From: Candidatus Omnitrophota bacterium
GTDB lineage: Bacteria > Ratteibacteria > UBA8468 > MWAK01
Assembly (NCBI GenBank): GCA_043797665.1
Contig: JAZDPL010000058.1
Coordinates: forward strand, 5,198-69,197
DNA length: 64,000 nt
Direction of reading: 5' to 3'
The notes under the pieces were generated by a model, which was not told the origin of the DNA, did no database searches, and saw only the letters and a program-made list of their open reading frames with translations. Positions 39,947 through 50,402 of this stretch are shown here, in pieces (position 1 is the stretch's first letter; each line of letters starts with the position of its first letter). The position numbers were made by a program, and so were the translations under genes.

Positions 39947-40171
39947 ATGGCTGAACAGAAAAAGAGTAGCACCGCGGTAATCGTGATTCTAATCGTGATC
40001 ATCGTTATCGCCATCGTGTTGGCTGTGGCAAGAGCGAAGAAATCACAGGCCCCGGCATTACCACCTCTTCCTCCGGGAGCAGGTATACCAGTACCACCGC
40101 CACCAGGCGGAATGCCACCAGGCGGAATGCCACCGGGACCACCAGAGCCACCAGCACCAAAGGTACCGTAA
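39947..40171 (+). CDS. Small single-TM protein with Pro/Gly-rich tail (74 aa)
   Basis: Strong SD GGAGGTGA, TM helix, PPGGM repeats. Confidence 0.75.
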   Translation: MAEQKKSSTAVIVILIVIIVIAIVLAVARAKKSQAPALPPLPPGAGIPVPPPPGGMPPGGMPPGPPEPPAPKVP

Positions 40172-40287
40172 GCATCTCTTGACAACAATACTCTTATCCG
40201 GAAAAAATTGTCGTGCTTCTGGAAAGAGGGGATTTTTTAGAAGAAAGTTCTTTGACAATATGGGTGTGTGACAGCTTTGCGTTTGTT

Positions 40288-41870
<1,583 letters not shown>

Positions 41871-41969
41871 CAAAGAGTAATCCAAAACCGAGGTGAAGTT
41901 CTAATCGGTGTAAAAAAAGGCTGTCACACACCCATATTTCTTTTAAGGAGTTGCTCAACTCCTAATAAT

Positions 41970-42002
41970 AAAAAAGCGACAGATGTTGCGGTCGCTTTTT
42001 TT
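41970..42002. terminator. Intrinsic terminator-like hairpin, possibly bidirectional
   Basis: AAAAAAGCGAC-agatgttgcg-GTCGCTTTTTTT. Confidence 0.6.
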
Positions 42003-42028
42003 CTTAGCGGGGGGTTGCTCAACCCCCT

Positions 42029-42101
42029 GGGCTCATAGCTCAGTTGGCAGAGCACTGTGCTGATAACGCAGGGGTGGAAGGTTCGAATCCTTCTGAGCCC
42101 A
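42029..42101 (+). tRNA. tRNA-Ile (anticodon GAT)
   Basis: GGGCTCATAGCTCAGTTGGCAGAGCACTGTGCTGATAACGCAG...GGTTCGAATCC..TGAGCCCA. Confidence 0.95.
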
Positions 42102-42212
42102 CTTGTAAGCATCATGGAAGAAGGATTCGAAGAGAGCAAAGTCAATCTCTGCGATGAATAAGAGCAGAGATAGCGAATGGCCGACCCTGAGCGTAGTGGG
42201 AGCGAAGGGCGC

Positions 42213-42231
42213 CGAATCCTTCTGAGCCCAC
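42213..42231 (+). repeat. 19-bp direct repeat of the tRNA-Ile 3' end (att-like)
   Basis: CGAATCCTTCTGAGCCCAC identical to 42084-42102. Confidence 0.9.
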
Positions 42232-42244
42232 CGGGGAGGGAAAA

Positions 42245-42853
42245 ATGGCGGAATTAAAACCGGAACAATACTTTATTCTCAGCACCGGTAAAAACGAATA
42301 TTGCGGTAAAGTAAAGGGTATCAAAAGCGAAACTGAATATCAGATAACCTTTATCAACAACAAAATATCCGAGTCCGAATTGAACGGACAGCCCGGCAGA
42401 GTTTATTATCAAAATAAAGACGGAAATCGCTGCTTTTTCCAGGCGATTCTTGAAGTAAAAGACGGCATTTTCTATTTTCAGCAAATTGATTCCGCCGTCT
42501 TTAGGGGACGTAGATTCTCCCGCTTTAAACTCAACTTCCCAATGACGGTAAAAAACGAAAACCTTCTGGTAAGCGGCGTGGTTAAAAACGATGCGTTATC
42601 CGGTCAGTTAACAAACGTTAAGACTTTCGATGTCAGCGCGGGAGGAGTAGGGGTAATATCGGAAACCCCTTTCCAGATAAATTCAATTCTCATCATTGAA
42701 CTGAATTTTTACGGAGAAAAGATCAAAGCAATAGTCGAAGTGAAATACTGTATCGAAAAAAAGACCCTGTTTCTTTCCGGCTTGGAATTCTCCGTGATAT
42801 CTGACGAAGCCCGTAAAAAAATAGAAGATTTATTCCTGGCATTGGAAGTCTAA
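42245..42853 (+). CDS. PilZ-domain (YcgR-like) protein
   Basis: RRFSR (RxxxR) and DVSAGG (DxSxxG) c-di-GMP motifs, SGLEF. Confidence 0.85.
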   Translation: MAELKPEQYFILSTGKNEYCGKVKGIKSETEYQITFINNKISESELNGQPGRVYYQNKDGNRCFFQAILEVKDGIFYFQQIDSAVFRGRRFSRFKLNFPMTVKNENLLVSGVVKNDALSGQLTNVKTFDVSAGGVGVISETPFQINSILIIELNFYGEKIKAIVEVKYCIEKKTLFLSGLEFSVISDEARKKIEDLFLALEV

Positions 42854-42884
42854 GGCGAGGACTCCATTATCAAAATGGAGGTTG

Positions 42885-44345
42885 TTAATCATTAAAGAGG
42901 TAGGAAAGAGAAGGAGGAAGTAGTTCTTTTTTGAAATAGTTTTTAGCCATAATTTCAATTTCGTCGATTGTCTCTTTGGGTCCACTGGCAATTACGTCAA
43001 CAAAACGAGTGCCTGCCTTATCCCGGATTTCAGAACGAAAAACCTCCAGAACATCGACCAGCATTTGGGGCCAATACCTTTTTCCTTCCACCGTAACAGG
43101 TCCTTTCCTCTTACTCAGTTCGTTAATGACCGTTCCGGTAGCCACCGCAATCTGACCTTCTTTATCGGTCAGACCGATTACCCGGTCAATCGCTTCGGTC
43201 ATGGTCAACATAGAAAGCATACTATCTGTTTCAAATTTCTCCCCGCCTATTTCAAAGGTAACCCGTCCGTATTTTTGACTTACTTTGTATATCCAGGTCA
43301 TCGGTCGGGCATGGATACCATCCACCCCGACAGGAATCTTAATCAGACGTCGTACCCGCCCGGTACATTTGGTTAAAAGGGCAAGCGCCAATACCGAACC
43401 ATCGGTACTGTATCTGTCTGCCCGTTTGAGGGTAAAATCAACGATCACTGAAACCAGGCGTGGTTCATTAATCAGATCATTAAACCTGTCTTTAATCATC
43501 TGGTCTTTGGTAATCAGAATGTGCCGTTCATAGAAGTGAGTCAAATCACGCATTACTTCAAAAAACCTTAATCCCATTGCAATATAACCGCGGAGACTCC
43601 AGAATTCCGGCTCTTTCTTCTCAATTTCGGTGTTATGAATGTGGGTGTCGTAGAAACTTTCTAAACCGTGAAAACCGCTTAAGATATGGGAAACGTCTCT
43701 TTCATTGACAAACATCTCTTTCTGCGCCAGATGTTCCTTAAATCCGGATAAAGCCTCGGCAACACCGATAAACTCCGTGGTCAGAAGTTCCACCGCATCC
43801 AACTGAGTGGTGGTAGAAGACACTAAACGATTTCTTTCTAACCGTGGCTGACCCGGGAGTTTTATATAAGTATCCAGATTACTCTTTTCCGGCAGGGGAA
43901 GCCCGTAATTTTTAACCACCTGGAGGGATTCGGCACAAAGACGCTGGATGGTCTGGTAAAAATAAGAAAGAACCCCGCCGGCGGCAAAGAATAAATCTTC
44001 CTTTTCCGCAGGATCTTCCTTTAGTTTACGGGTATCGTAACGGCTGATGATACCTTCCTCTAAGGTAAACGCCGCCCGGCAAAACCACCGGATACCAGCC
44101 ATTAATTCCCGAAAGAAGAACAGTTCGTTGGAAAACGCCTCGGCGTCATCAAAGATTGTTTCTAATTCGTGCGCTTCACTTCGCAGGTAATTGATAAAAT
44201 AACGTCCGGTTTTTCCCTTCACTTCTAAAAAGTAATCTGCCAAAAAGAAGAATTCCGGATTGGTCGATAACAGAGTTTTCAGAAAGGAACGTGCCGAAGC
44301 ACGGTTCTGGAGGGTATAGTTCTTAGGGGTCAACTTAGACCTCAA
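42885..44345 (-). CDS. Uncharacterised protein with C-terminal HPr-like domain
   Basis: About 330-aa helical N-region, then GIHARPM and DSMLSML HPr motifs. Confidence 0.75.
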   Translation of the reverse strand: MRSKLTPKNYTLQNRASARSFLKTLLSTNPEFFFLADYFLEVKGKTGRYFINYLRSEAHELETIFDDAEAFSNELFFFRELMAGIRWFCRAAFTLEEGIISRYDTRKLKEDPAEKEDLFFAAGGVLSYFYQTIQRLCAESLQVVKNYGLPLPEKSNLDTYIKLPGQPRLERNRLVSSTTTQLDAVELLTTEFIGVAEALSGFKEHLAQKEMFVNERDVSHILSGFHGLESFYDTHIHNTEIEKKEPEFWSLRGYIAMGLRFFEVMRDLTHFYERHILITKDQMIKDRFNDLINEPRLVSVIVDFTLKRADRYSTDGSVLALALLTKCTGRVRRLIKIPVGVDGIHARPMTWIYKVSQKYGRVTFEIGGEKFETDSMLSMLTMTEAIDRVIGLTDKEGQIAVATGTVINELSKRKGPVTVEGKRYWPQMLVDVLEVFRSEIRDKAGTRFVDVIASGPKETIDEIEIMAKNYFKKELLPPSLSYLFND

Positions 44346-44358
44346 GCGTAAGGGATTG

Positions 44359-44943
44359 TCACAGAACCCCTAGTTCAAAACAGACAAAACGCCGGATGGC
44401 GATATTTTCTCCAATACGGGCTATCGTCTCATTCAGATAGTCAGAAATAGTTTTTTCCGGTTCTCTGATGAAGGTCTGATTCAAAAGAACGTACTCTTTG
44501 AAAAATTCCGTTAATTTTTCAGTGAGAATCTTCTCTCGTTCTTCCGGCGGTTTATCTTTTGCCTCTTCTTCCCACCATTTCTTTCGCTCGGAAAGCATCC
44601 CTTCCGGAATCTCTTCCTTTTTCACACATAAAGGTTTGGCGGCTACTACCTGAAGGCAGATATTCTTGGCAAAATTCTGAAAGAGTTCATTACGGGCAAC
44701 AAAATCGGTTTCACAATTTATCTCCACCAAAACCCCGATTTTACCCCCGGTATGAACATAACTGGCGATAATTCCCTCTTTGACAACACGGGTACTTTTT
44801 TTAGCCACAATCTCTGCCCCGCGACGATTAAGAACTCCCTTCGCTTTCTCAAAACTTCCTCCGGCTTCTTCCAGGGCTTTTTTACAATCCATCACGCCCA
44901 GGCCGGTCTCCTCCCGCAACTGTTTAATCAAATTAGTATCCAT
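44359..44943 (-). CDS. tsf: Elongation factor Ts (short form)
   Basis: IKQLREETGLGVMDCKKAL, EINCETDFVA, GENIAIRRF. Confidence 0.97.
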   Translation of the reverse strand: MDTNLIKQLREETGLGVMDCKKALEEAGGSFEKAKGVLNRRGAEIVAKKSTRVVKEGIIASYVHTGGKIGVLVEINCETDFVARNELFQNFAKNICLQVVAAKPLCVKKEEIPEGMLSERKKWWEEEAKDKPPEEREKILTEKLTEFFKEYVLLNQTFIREPEKTISDYLNETIARIGENIAIRRFVCFELGVL

Positions 44944-44984
44944 TTCCTTTTACTCCGTTTTTAATACAAATGCATTATTTATTA

Positions 44985-45061
44985 TGTCATTCCTGCATGC
45001 CTTAAGCGGGAATCCAGTGATTATTAGTATGGATTCCTGTTTACTATCCACAGGAATGACA
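44985..45061. repeat. Inverted pair of GTCATTCCCG-family hairpins
   Basis: TGTCATTCCTGC..GCGGGAATCCA (44985-45016) and TGGATTCCTG..CAGGAATGACA (45030-45061). Confidence 0.85.
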
Positions 45062-45082
45062 ACTTACTTATTGCATTGTGTA

Positions 45083-46018
45083 TTAGGGTTTAGTCTTTTT
45101 AAAACTGCGCCTTACCTTTGCTCTTATCCGTGGCCTGGGTTTCGGCTTAGCCGGCGTTTTCTTCCCTTTACCCTTTTCCTCCTTTTTCTCTTTCTCCAAA
45201 ACGACCGGAGAGGGTTCTTCTTCACCTAACGGTTCCGGACCGGCAATCACCTCTTGCACAACTGCCGGCTCTTTAACTTCCTCTTCCCTGGTCACTTCCA
45301 CTTCCACTTTCACTTCTGGTGTGGCCAGACGGGACCTATCTTCCTGCCCGGCGCTAATGGCAGACTTGAATTTGGAAACGAGTACCCGCAAACCTTTGAT
45401 GCCGTCGTCATTGGCGGGAATCGGATAATCAACCAGGTCGGGATTGGAATTGGTGTCCACTACCGCTACCACCAATAAACCCAATTTTCTGGCTTCCCGA
45501 ATCGCTATCTCTTCTTTTTTGGCATCAATTACTAAAAGAATATCCGGAATGCGCTGCATATTTCGTACACCTTCCAGATTTTTTAAAAGCCGTCCTTTCT
45601 CTTTACGGACGGTTGCGGCTTCCTTCTTGGTTAATTTTTCTAAAACCCCTGCCGCCTCTTTTACCTCCAATTCATTGAGCCGGTCGATACGCCGTTTTAC
45701 GGTCGGGAAATTGGTAAGGGTTCCGCCCAACCAGCGGTTTGCCATATAGAGAATACCCAGCTGGCCTGCCGCTTCTTTAACCAGCTCGCGTGCCTGCCGT
45801 TTGGTCCCTACAAACATTATCCTCTTACCTTCCTGGGCTGATTTTTTTAAAAACTCGCATGCCTTCTCTAAGTATATTTTGGTCTTCTCTAAATCGATAA
45901 TATAGATACCCTGCCGTTTTCCAAAAATAAAGGGTTTCATCCGGGGGTCAAACCGCTTGCTAGGATGCCCGAAATACAGCCCTCCTTCTAAAAGTTCCTG
46001 TAAGGTTACATTTTCCAA
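45083..46018 (-). CDS. rpsB: 30S ribosomal protein S2 with charged C-terminal extension
   Basis: GIYIIDL, FVGTKRQA, RWLGGTLTN, DTNSNPD, PANDD; TTG start with GGAGG SD. Confidence 0.97.
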   Translation of the reverse strand: MENVTLQELLEGGLYFGHPSKRFDPRMKPFIFGKRQGIYIIDLEKTKIYLEKACEFLKKSAQEGKRIMFVGTKRQARELVKEAAGQLGILYMANRWLGGTLTNFPTVKRRIDRLNELEVKEAAGVLEKLTKKEAATVRKEKGRLLKNLEGVRNMQRIPDILLVIDAKKEEIAIREARKLGLLVVAVVDTNSNPDLVDYPIPANDDGIKGLRVLVSKFKSAISAGQEDRSRLATPEVKVEVEVTREEEVKEPAVVQEVIAGPEPLGEEEPSPVVLEKEKKEEKGKGKKTPAKPKPRPRIRAKVRRSFKKTKP

Positions 46019-46057
46019 ATCTATCCTCCTCTTTAATATATTATAGTCTATTTCAGC

Positions 46058-46963
46058 CTATAATTGCAAATCCATGGGGTTGTTAAACAATAAAAGTTTT
46101 CTTTTCATTAATGCGATATGCTGAGGTGTAGTACCGCAACATCCGCCAATAATCCCGGCGCCGGCTTCAACCAATCCCTGTATCTGCTCAGCCATATCCG
46201 ACGGTCCCAGCGGAAAGAAAGTTTTCCCGTTTGAAAGATAGGGTTTACCCGCGTTCGGCTTTGCCCACAGCGGAGAATCGGTATGTTCCCTCATTTGACT
46301 GATGACCGCAATCACCTCCGGAACGCCTTCTCCGCAATTGCTCCCGATGGCTAACACGTGCGCACCAAAAGATTCCGCGACGTCTTTCGGACTTTCACCC
46401 ATTAAAGTCCGGGGTCCCTTCCGACCGGGGAAAAAGGTGAAAGAAACTACCAACGGAATGTCCTGTTTCTCCCTGATTGCCGCAACGATTACTTTAACTT
46501 CCGCGGCCGAAGACATCGTCTCAAGTAATACGAAATCAACCCCTCCTTCGACTAAAATGGCCGCCTGTTTCTGATAAGCGGCGGCTAACTTTTTCGGGGA
46601 TAAACTTCCTATTGGTTCCAAAATCTCGCCGCTGGGCCCAAGGTCACCGGCGATAAAAAATGTCTGTTCCTTCCGGAGTTCCCGGGCAATGAGAACCGCT
46701 TTCCGGTTTATCTCTTCAAACTTCCCCTCCAAACCAGACCGGCGTAATTTAAAAAGGTTGGCACCAAAAGTATTGGTAAGAATAATCTCGCTTCCCGCAT
46801 CTAAATAATCCCGGTGTATTTCGGCAATTGCCTCGGGTTGAAAAAGATTGAGAGTTTCCGGTGCCTGACCTGATGCCAATAATCCTCTTTCGGCTAGAAG
46901 TGTACCCATTGCACCGTCAGCCAGTATAACCCCTTTTTGCTTTAAAAATTCTTCGAACGACAT
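46058..46963 (-). CDS. Stand-alone homocysteine S-methyltransferase domain protein
   Basis: DGAMGT, TNTFGAN, GSNC, PNAG, GGCCGTTP; ATG at 46963. Confidence 0.88.
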   Translation of the reverse strand: MSFEEFLKQKGVILADGAMGTLLAERGLLASGQAPETLNLFQPEAIAEIHRDYLDAGSEIILTNTFGANLFKLRRSGLEGKFEEINRKAVLIARELRKEQTFFIAGDLGPSGEILEPIGSLSPKKLAAAYQKQAAILVEGGVDFVLLETMSSAAEVKVIVAAIREKQDIPLVVSFTFFPGRKGPRTLMGESPKDVAESFGAHVLAIGSNCGEGVPEVIAVISQMREHTDSPLWAKPNAGKPYLSNGKTFFPLGPSDMAEQIQGLVEAGAGIIGGCCGTTPQHIALMKRKLLLFNNPMDLQL

Positions 46964-46987
46964 AGTACAAGCGTATTGCTTACCATG

Positions 46988-47105
46988 CCCTTTCCAATCC
47001 GATGGAAAGGGGACCCGTATTCCCGCATACTTAAAGCGGGAATCCAAAACTTGTCGCCTGTATGCTATAAGCGTGGATTCCTGCTTACAATCCGCAGGAA
47101 TGACA
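46988..47105. repeat. 24-bp hairpin plus inverted pair of GTCATTCCCG-family hairpins
   Basis: CCCTTTCC-aatccgat-GGAAAGGG-GACCCG-TATTCCCGC..GCGGGAATCCA; TGGATTCCTGC..GCAGGAATGACA (47074-47105). Confidence 0.8.
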
Positions 47106-47107
47106 AA

Positions 47108-48295
47108 TTATTTATTACGTTTTCTTAAATTCTGTTGGGTGTATTCCCATAAGAACCGTCCCGCCTGCTGAAAATCATCTAAATAATCCTTCAGTTCCGG
47201 TGTCTCGAAATTATCCACCAGCGGCTGTCCGTATCTATTCATCTCCGTGCCGACCACGACCAGTATTTTTAGATTTCTTGCCGCGGTCATCAGCGATTTG
47301 AGATTGGCGGATTTAAGCGCTTTTTCTGCCGGGTCTTTGATGTTCCAGAATCTTTCCGGAATAATATTAACCAGCGGCATACCCTTATCCTTTAAAAAAG
47401 CAAGGGTTTCTTCTATATTTTTTTCTCCGGCACTGGTTCCGTCGTTAAAAGTAGCGGTCGGAACCGCTCCCGTTAACTGAACCATCTCCACGACCTCTTC
47501 CAAAAGCGGAAAAGTATCCGTCTCCGGCTTAATGTAACCAACCCCTTTCCCCTTCATCAGTTTCATCCTTGCCAGTTCCTGGAAACTATGGGGTTGTTCT
47601 ATCTTATTCTTCAATTCTTCCTCAGGCACTTTTAGTACTTCAGCCCAGAACCCAATCCGTTTTTCCAAACCGGGAAACAGTTCTACGGCTCTCTGATAAT
47701 AAGCGGTAAGAATATGCCGCTCGGTCGCGTTACCTTTCGGTGTCAGCGGTAATACATCCGTCTTGTAGTTGATTGTAACCGGGGTCAAAAAACCGTTGAC
47801 CCTTTCAACGATCAGCCGGTTTCGCGCCTGAGCCCGTTTTTTCAGCGAATCCAGGATGGCTGCGGCACGACTTCCTCTCTCCGGTTGGCTGAAGAAACCG
47901 GTACCCATAATGTAGAATACGCCGGGCTCACCCGGCGAGTTAATCACCTTATCCGCATACTCTCCGACGAAGACCCGGGTCTCAAAACCTACTTCGGTCT
48001 TGATACCCAGAATCTCTGCGGACGTAAACGTCTCCTCCAGACCGTCCAGAACGTCAAAATCCACAATCCCGGCCATATCCAGTCCGCGGCAGAATGCTTC
48101 CCACAGAAAGTGCGACGGCGAAAATCCGTAGGCACTGAACGAAAAGAAGGTGTGGCCGTGGAGATTAAGCCAGCCCCGGTTCGTCTGTACCGGAATCTCT
48201 CCCCGGTCAGACATTGCCTTTAGACTTTGTAAGGCTGAATACCGCTGGCTAACGTCAAAGTCGTCCAATTGTCGTATCAGTTCTTCTTTTTCCAT
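47108..48295 (-). CDS. PHP-fold-like protein with non-canonical metal ligands
   Basis: NLHGHTFFS, GIVDFDVLDG, GFETRV, GTEMN at the usual PHP motif positions. Confidence 0.6.
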   Translation of the reverse strand: MEKEELIRQLDDFDVSQRYSALQSLKAMSDRGEIPVQTNRGWLNLHGHTFFSFSAYGFSPSHFLWEAFCRGLDMAGIVDFDVLDGLEETFTSAEILGIKTEVGFETRVFVGEYADKVINSPGEPGVFYIMGTGFFSQPERGSRAAAILDSLKKRAQARNRLIVERVNGFLTPVTINYKTDVLPLTPKGNATERHILTAYYQRAVELFPGLEKRIGFWAEVLKVPEEELKNKIEQPHSFQELARMKLMKGKGVGYIKPETDTFPLLEEVVEMVQLTGAVPTATFNDGTSAGEKNIEETLAFLKDKGMPLVNIIPERFWNIKDPAEKALKSANLKSLMTAARNLKILVVVGTEMNRYGQPLVDNFETPELKDYLDDFQQAGRFLWEYTQQNLRKRNK

Positions 48296-48338
48296 ATCCT
48301 TAGGGATTTCGGCAACCCCTTATATTTTAACCAACACA

Positions 48339-48367
48339 TTGACGAAAAAGCAAGTTTCCCATATAAT
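48339..48367 (+). promoter_or_regulatory. Sigma70 promoter for dapB
   Basis: TTGACG-17 bp-TATAAT. Confidence 0.75.
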
Positions 48368-48378
48368 ATAGCAATAGT

Positions 48379-49155
48379 ATGGTTAGAATAGTGGTGGCAG
48401 GTGCGGCGGGCCGGATGGGACAGACAATTATAAACACTCTTCCGGAATTTCCGGAACTGTCTCTGGTGGGTACGGTAGAAAGACCGGACCATCCCAATCT
48501 GAACCGGGAATCCGTCCCGGGCATACCCATATCGTCCGATGTTGAGAAAAGTCTGGAGGCGGGCGATGTTTTAATTGACTTTACCACGCCCTCCGGAACG
48601 CTCCGGAACCTTAAGGTCTGCCTGAAACTACGCAAGGGTATCGTTATCGGAACAACCGGCTTTAAACAAGAAGAACTGGCAGAGATTAAAACCGCGGGTG
48701 AAAAAATACCGATTCTCCTTTCACCCAATATGAGTTTAGGAGTAAATCTTCTCTTCCACCTAACAGAGGAAACCGCTAAAAACCTTCCAGACTACGAAGT
48801 GGAGATTGTGGAAACCCACCATAACCAGAAAGCTGACGCACCCAGCGGTACTGCCTTGAACCTGGCGGAAATAGTGGCAAAAGCCCGTGAGCAGAATTTA
48901 ACAGAAACCGCAGTTTACGGAAGACACGGGCGAGCGGGTCCCCGTAAAAACTCCGAAATCGGTATCCATGCTATCCGGACCGGCGACGTGGTCGGTGAAC
49001 ATACCGTCATCTTTGGGACCACCGGCGAACGTTTGGAATTGACACATAAAGCCGGCTCCCGCCAGGCTTTTGCCCGCGGTGCTCTGAAAGCCGCCCTGTT
49101 TGTTTCTCAAAAAAAATCCGGTTTCTATACGATGCATGACCTATGGGGTTGTTAA
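48379..49155 (+). CDS. dapB: 4-hydroxy-tetrahydrodipicolinate reductase
   Basis: GAAGRMG, IGTTG, ETHHNQKADAPSGTA. Confidence 0.96.
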   Translation: MVRIVVAGAAGRMGQTIINTLPEFPELSLVGTVERPDHPNLNRESVPGIPISSDVEKSLEAGDVLIDFTTPSGTLRNLKVCLKLRKGIVIGTTGFKQEELAEIKTAGEKIPILLSPNMSLGVNLLFHLTEETAKNLPDYEVEIVETHHNQKADAPSGTALNLAEIVAKAREQNLTETAVYGRHGRAGPRKNSEIGIHAIRTGDVVGEHTVIFGTTGERLELTHKAGSRQAFARGALKAALFVSQKKSGFYTMHDLWGC

Positions 49156-49163
49156 ACAATAAA

Positions 49164-50324
49164 ATGGTAATAGAAACCAACAAAAAGCTGCAGAAACTGC
49201 CTCCTTACCTTTTCGTGGAGATTGACCGCAAAAAAGCACAACTAAAATCCGCAGGCGTGGATATCATTGACTTCGGAATCGGAGACCCGGATACACCTAC
49301 ACCCGAATTTGTAATCTCGGCAATGGCTAAAGCAATCACTAAACCGGAATACCACCGTTACCCTTTAGGGCGCGGGAAACCGCTCTTCCGTAAGGCAGTA
49401 GCGGAATGGTTCCAAAGACGGTTTGGTATCGTAGACCTCAATCCGGAAAAAGAAGTCGTAGCATTGTTAGGGTCCAAGGAAGGTATCGGGCACCTTCCCT
49501 TTGCCTTTCTCAATCCGGAAGATACAGTCATTACGCCGGAACCAGGCTACCCGGTTTATGCCAACGCCACCATCCTGGCCGGCGGAACGCCTTACCTGTT
49601 ACCGCTTAAAGAAGATAACGGCTTTCTTCCTGACCTCAGCAGTATCCCGGATTCTATCTGCAACAAAACTAAAATTATTTTTCTGAACTATCCCAACAAC
49701 CCTACCGGGGCAGTGGCTCCGGACAGTTTCTGGAAAGAAACGATAGGATTTGCGGAAAAATACGGAATAATCTTAGCCTCAGACGCTGCCTATTCTGAAA
49801 TCTATTACCAGGAAAAACCAAAAAGCCTCTTCCAGTTTCCGGGAGGAAAAGAGGTGGGTATAGAATTCCATTCTTTTTCCAAAACCTTTAATATGACCGG
49901 CTGGCGCTTAGGGTTTGCCTGCGGCAACGAAAAGATCATCTCCGGTTTGTCCGCGGTCAAAGAAAACCTGGATTCCGGTGTCTTTGATGCGATTCAGGCG
50001 GCCGGAATTGCTGCCCTCTCCGCACCGGAAGAATTCACGGAAGGTTTGCGCCGGATGTACCGCAAAAGAATGGAAATTCTGGTTAACGGGTTAAACGAAT
50101 GCGGATTCTCAACCCGACCTCCCGCCGGGACCTTTTACCTCTGGCTCAAAGTCCCGGAAGGAAAAAAATCGGCTGGATTCTCCTCATATCTTCTGGAAAA
50201 GTTCGGAATTCTGACCACACCGGGCAACGGATTCGGACCGGACGGAGAAAGCTATATCCGTTTTTCAGTAACGCTGAGCGAAGACAGAATTAGAGAAGCA
50301 ATAAACCGCCTGAAAAATTCTTGA
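49164..50324 (+). CDS. dapL: LL-diaminopimelate aminotransferase (class I PLP)
   Basis: LPPYLF, NYPNNPTG, DAAY, SFSKTFNMTGWRLG; adjacent to dapB. Confidence 0.85.
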   Translation: MVIETNKKLQKLPPYLFVEIDRKKAQLKSAGVDIIDFGIGDPDTPTPEFVISAMAKAITKPEYHRYPLGRGKPLFRKAVAEWFQRRFGIVDLNPEKEVVALLGSKEGIGHLPFAFLNPEDTVITPEPGYPVYANATILAGGTPYLLPLKEDNGFLPDLSSIPDSICNKTKIIFLNYPNNPTGAVAPDSFWKETIGFAEKYGIILASDAAYSEIYYQEKPKSLFQFPGGKEVGIEFHSFSKTFNMTGWRLGFACGNEKIISGLSAVKENLDSGVFDAIQAAGIAALSAPEEFTEGLRRMYRKRMEILVNGLNECGFSTRPPAGTFYLWLKVPEGKKSAGFSSYLLEKFGILTTPGNGFGPDGESYIRFSVTLSEDRIREAINRLKNS

Positions 50325-50328
50325 AAAT

Positions 50329-50387
50329 GTAGGGGTTCAATTTATTGAACCCGAGAGATACGCGGGTCGGATGAATCCGACCCCTAC
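50329..50387. repeat. GTAG-family REP doublet
   Basis: GTAGGGGTTCAATTTATTGAACCC...GGGTCGGATGAATCCGACCCCTAC. Confidence 0.88.
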
Positions 50388-50402
50388 ACTAAGGAGTCTA
50401 AA

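Noticed and set aside
42232-44345. Integrated genomic island downstream of tRNA-Ile
   Set aside because: The att-like duplicate closes after only 110 bp, there is no integrase, and the following genes look chromosomal
45083-45330. Long Glu/Lys/Pro-rich C-terminal tail of RpsB
   Set aside because: Variable S2 tails are common in bacteria
46964-47047. N-terminal extensions of ORF calls (homocysteine methyltransferase here; also rex 53859-53993, pfkA 52097-52168, permease 61660-61689)
   Set aside because: These extensions are translated repeat DNA upstream of better-supported starts
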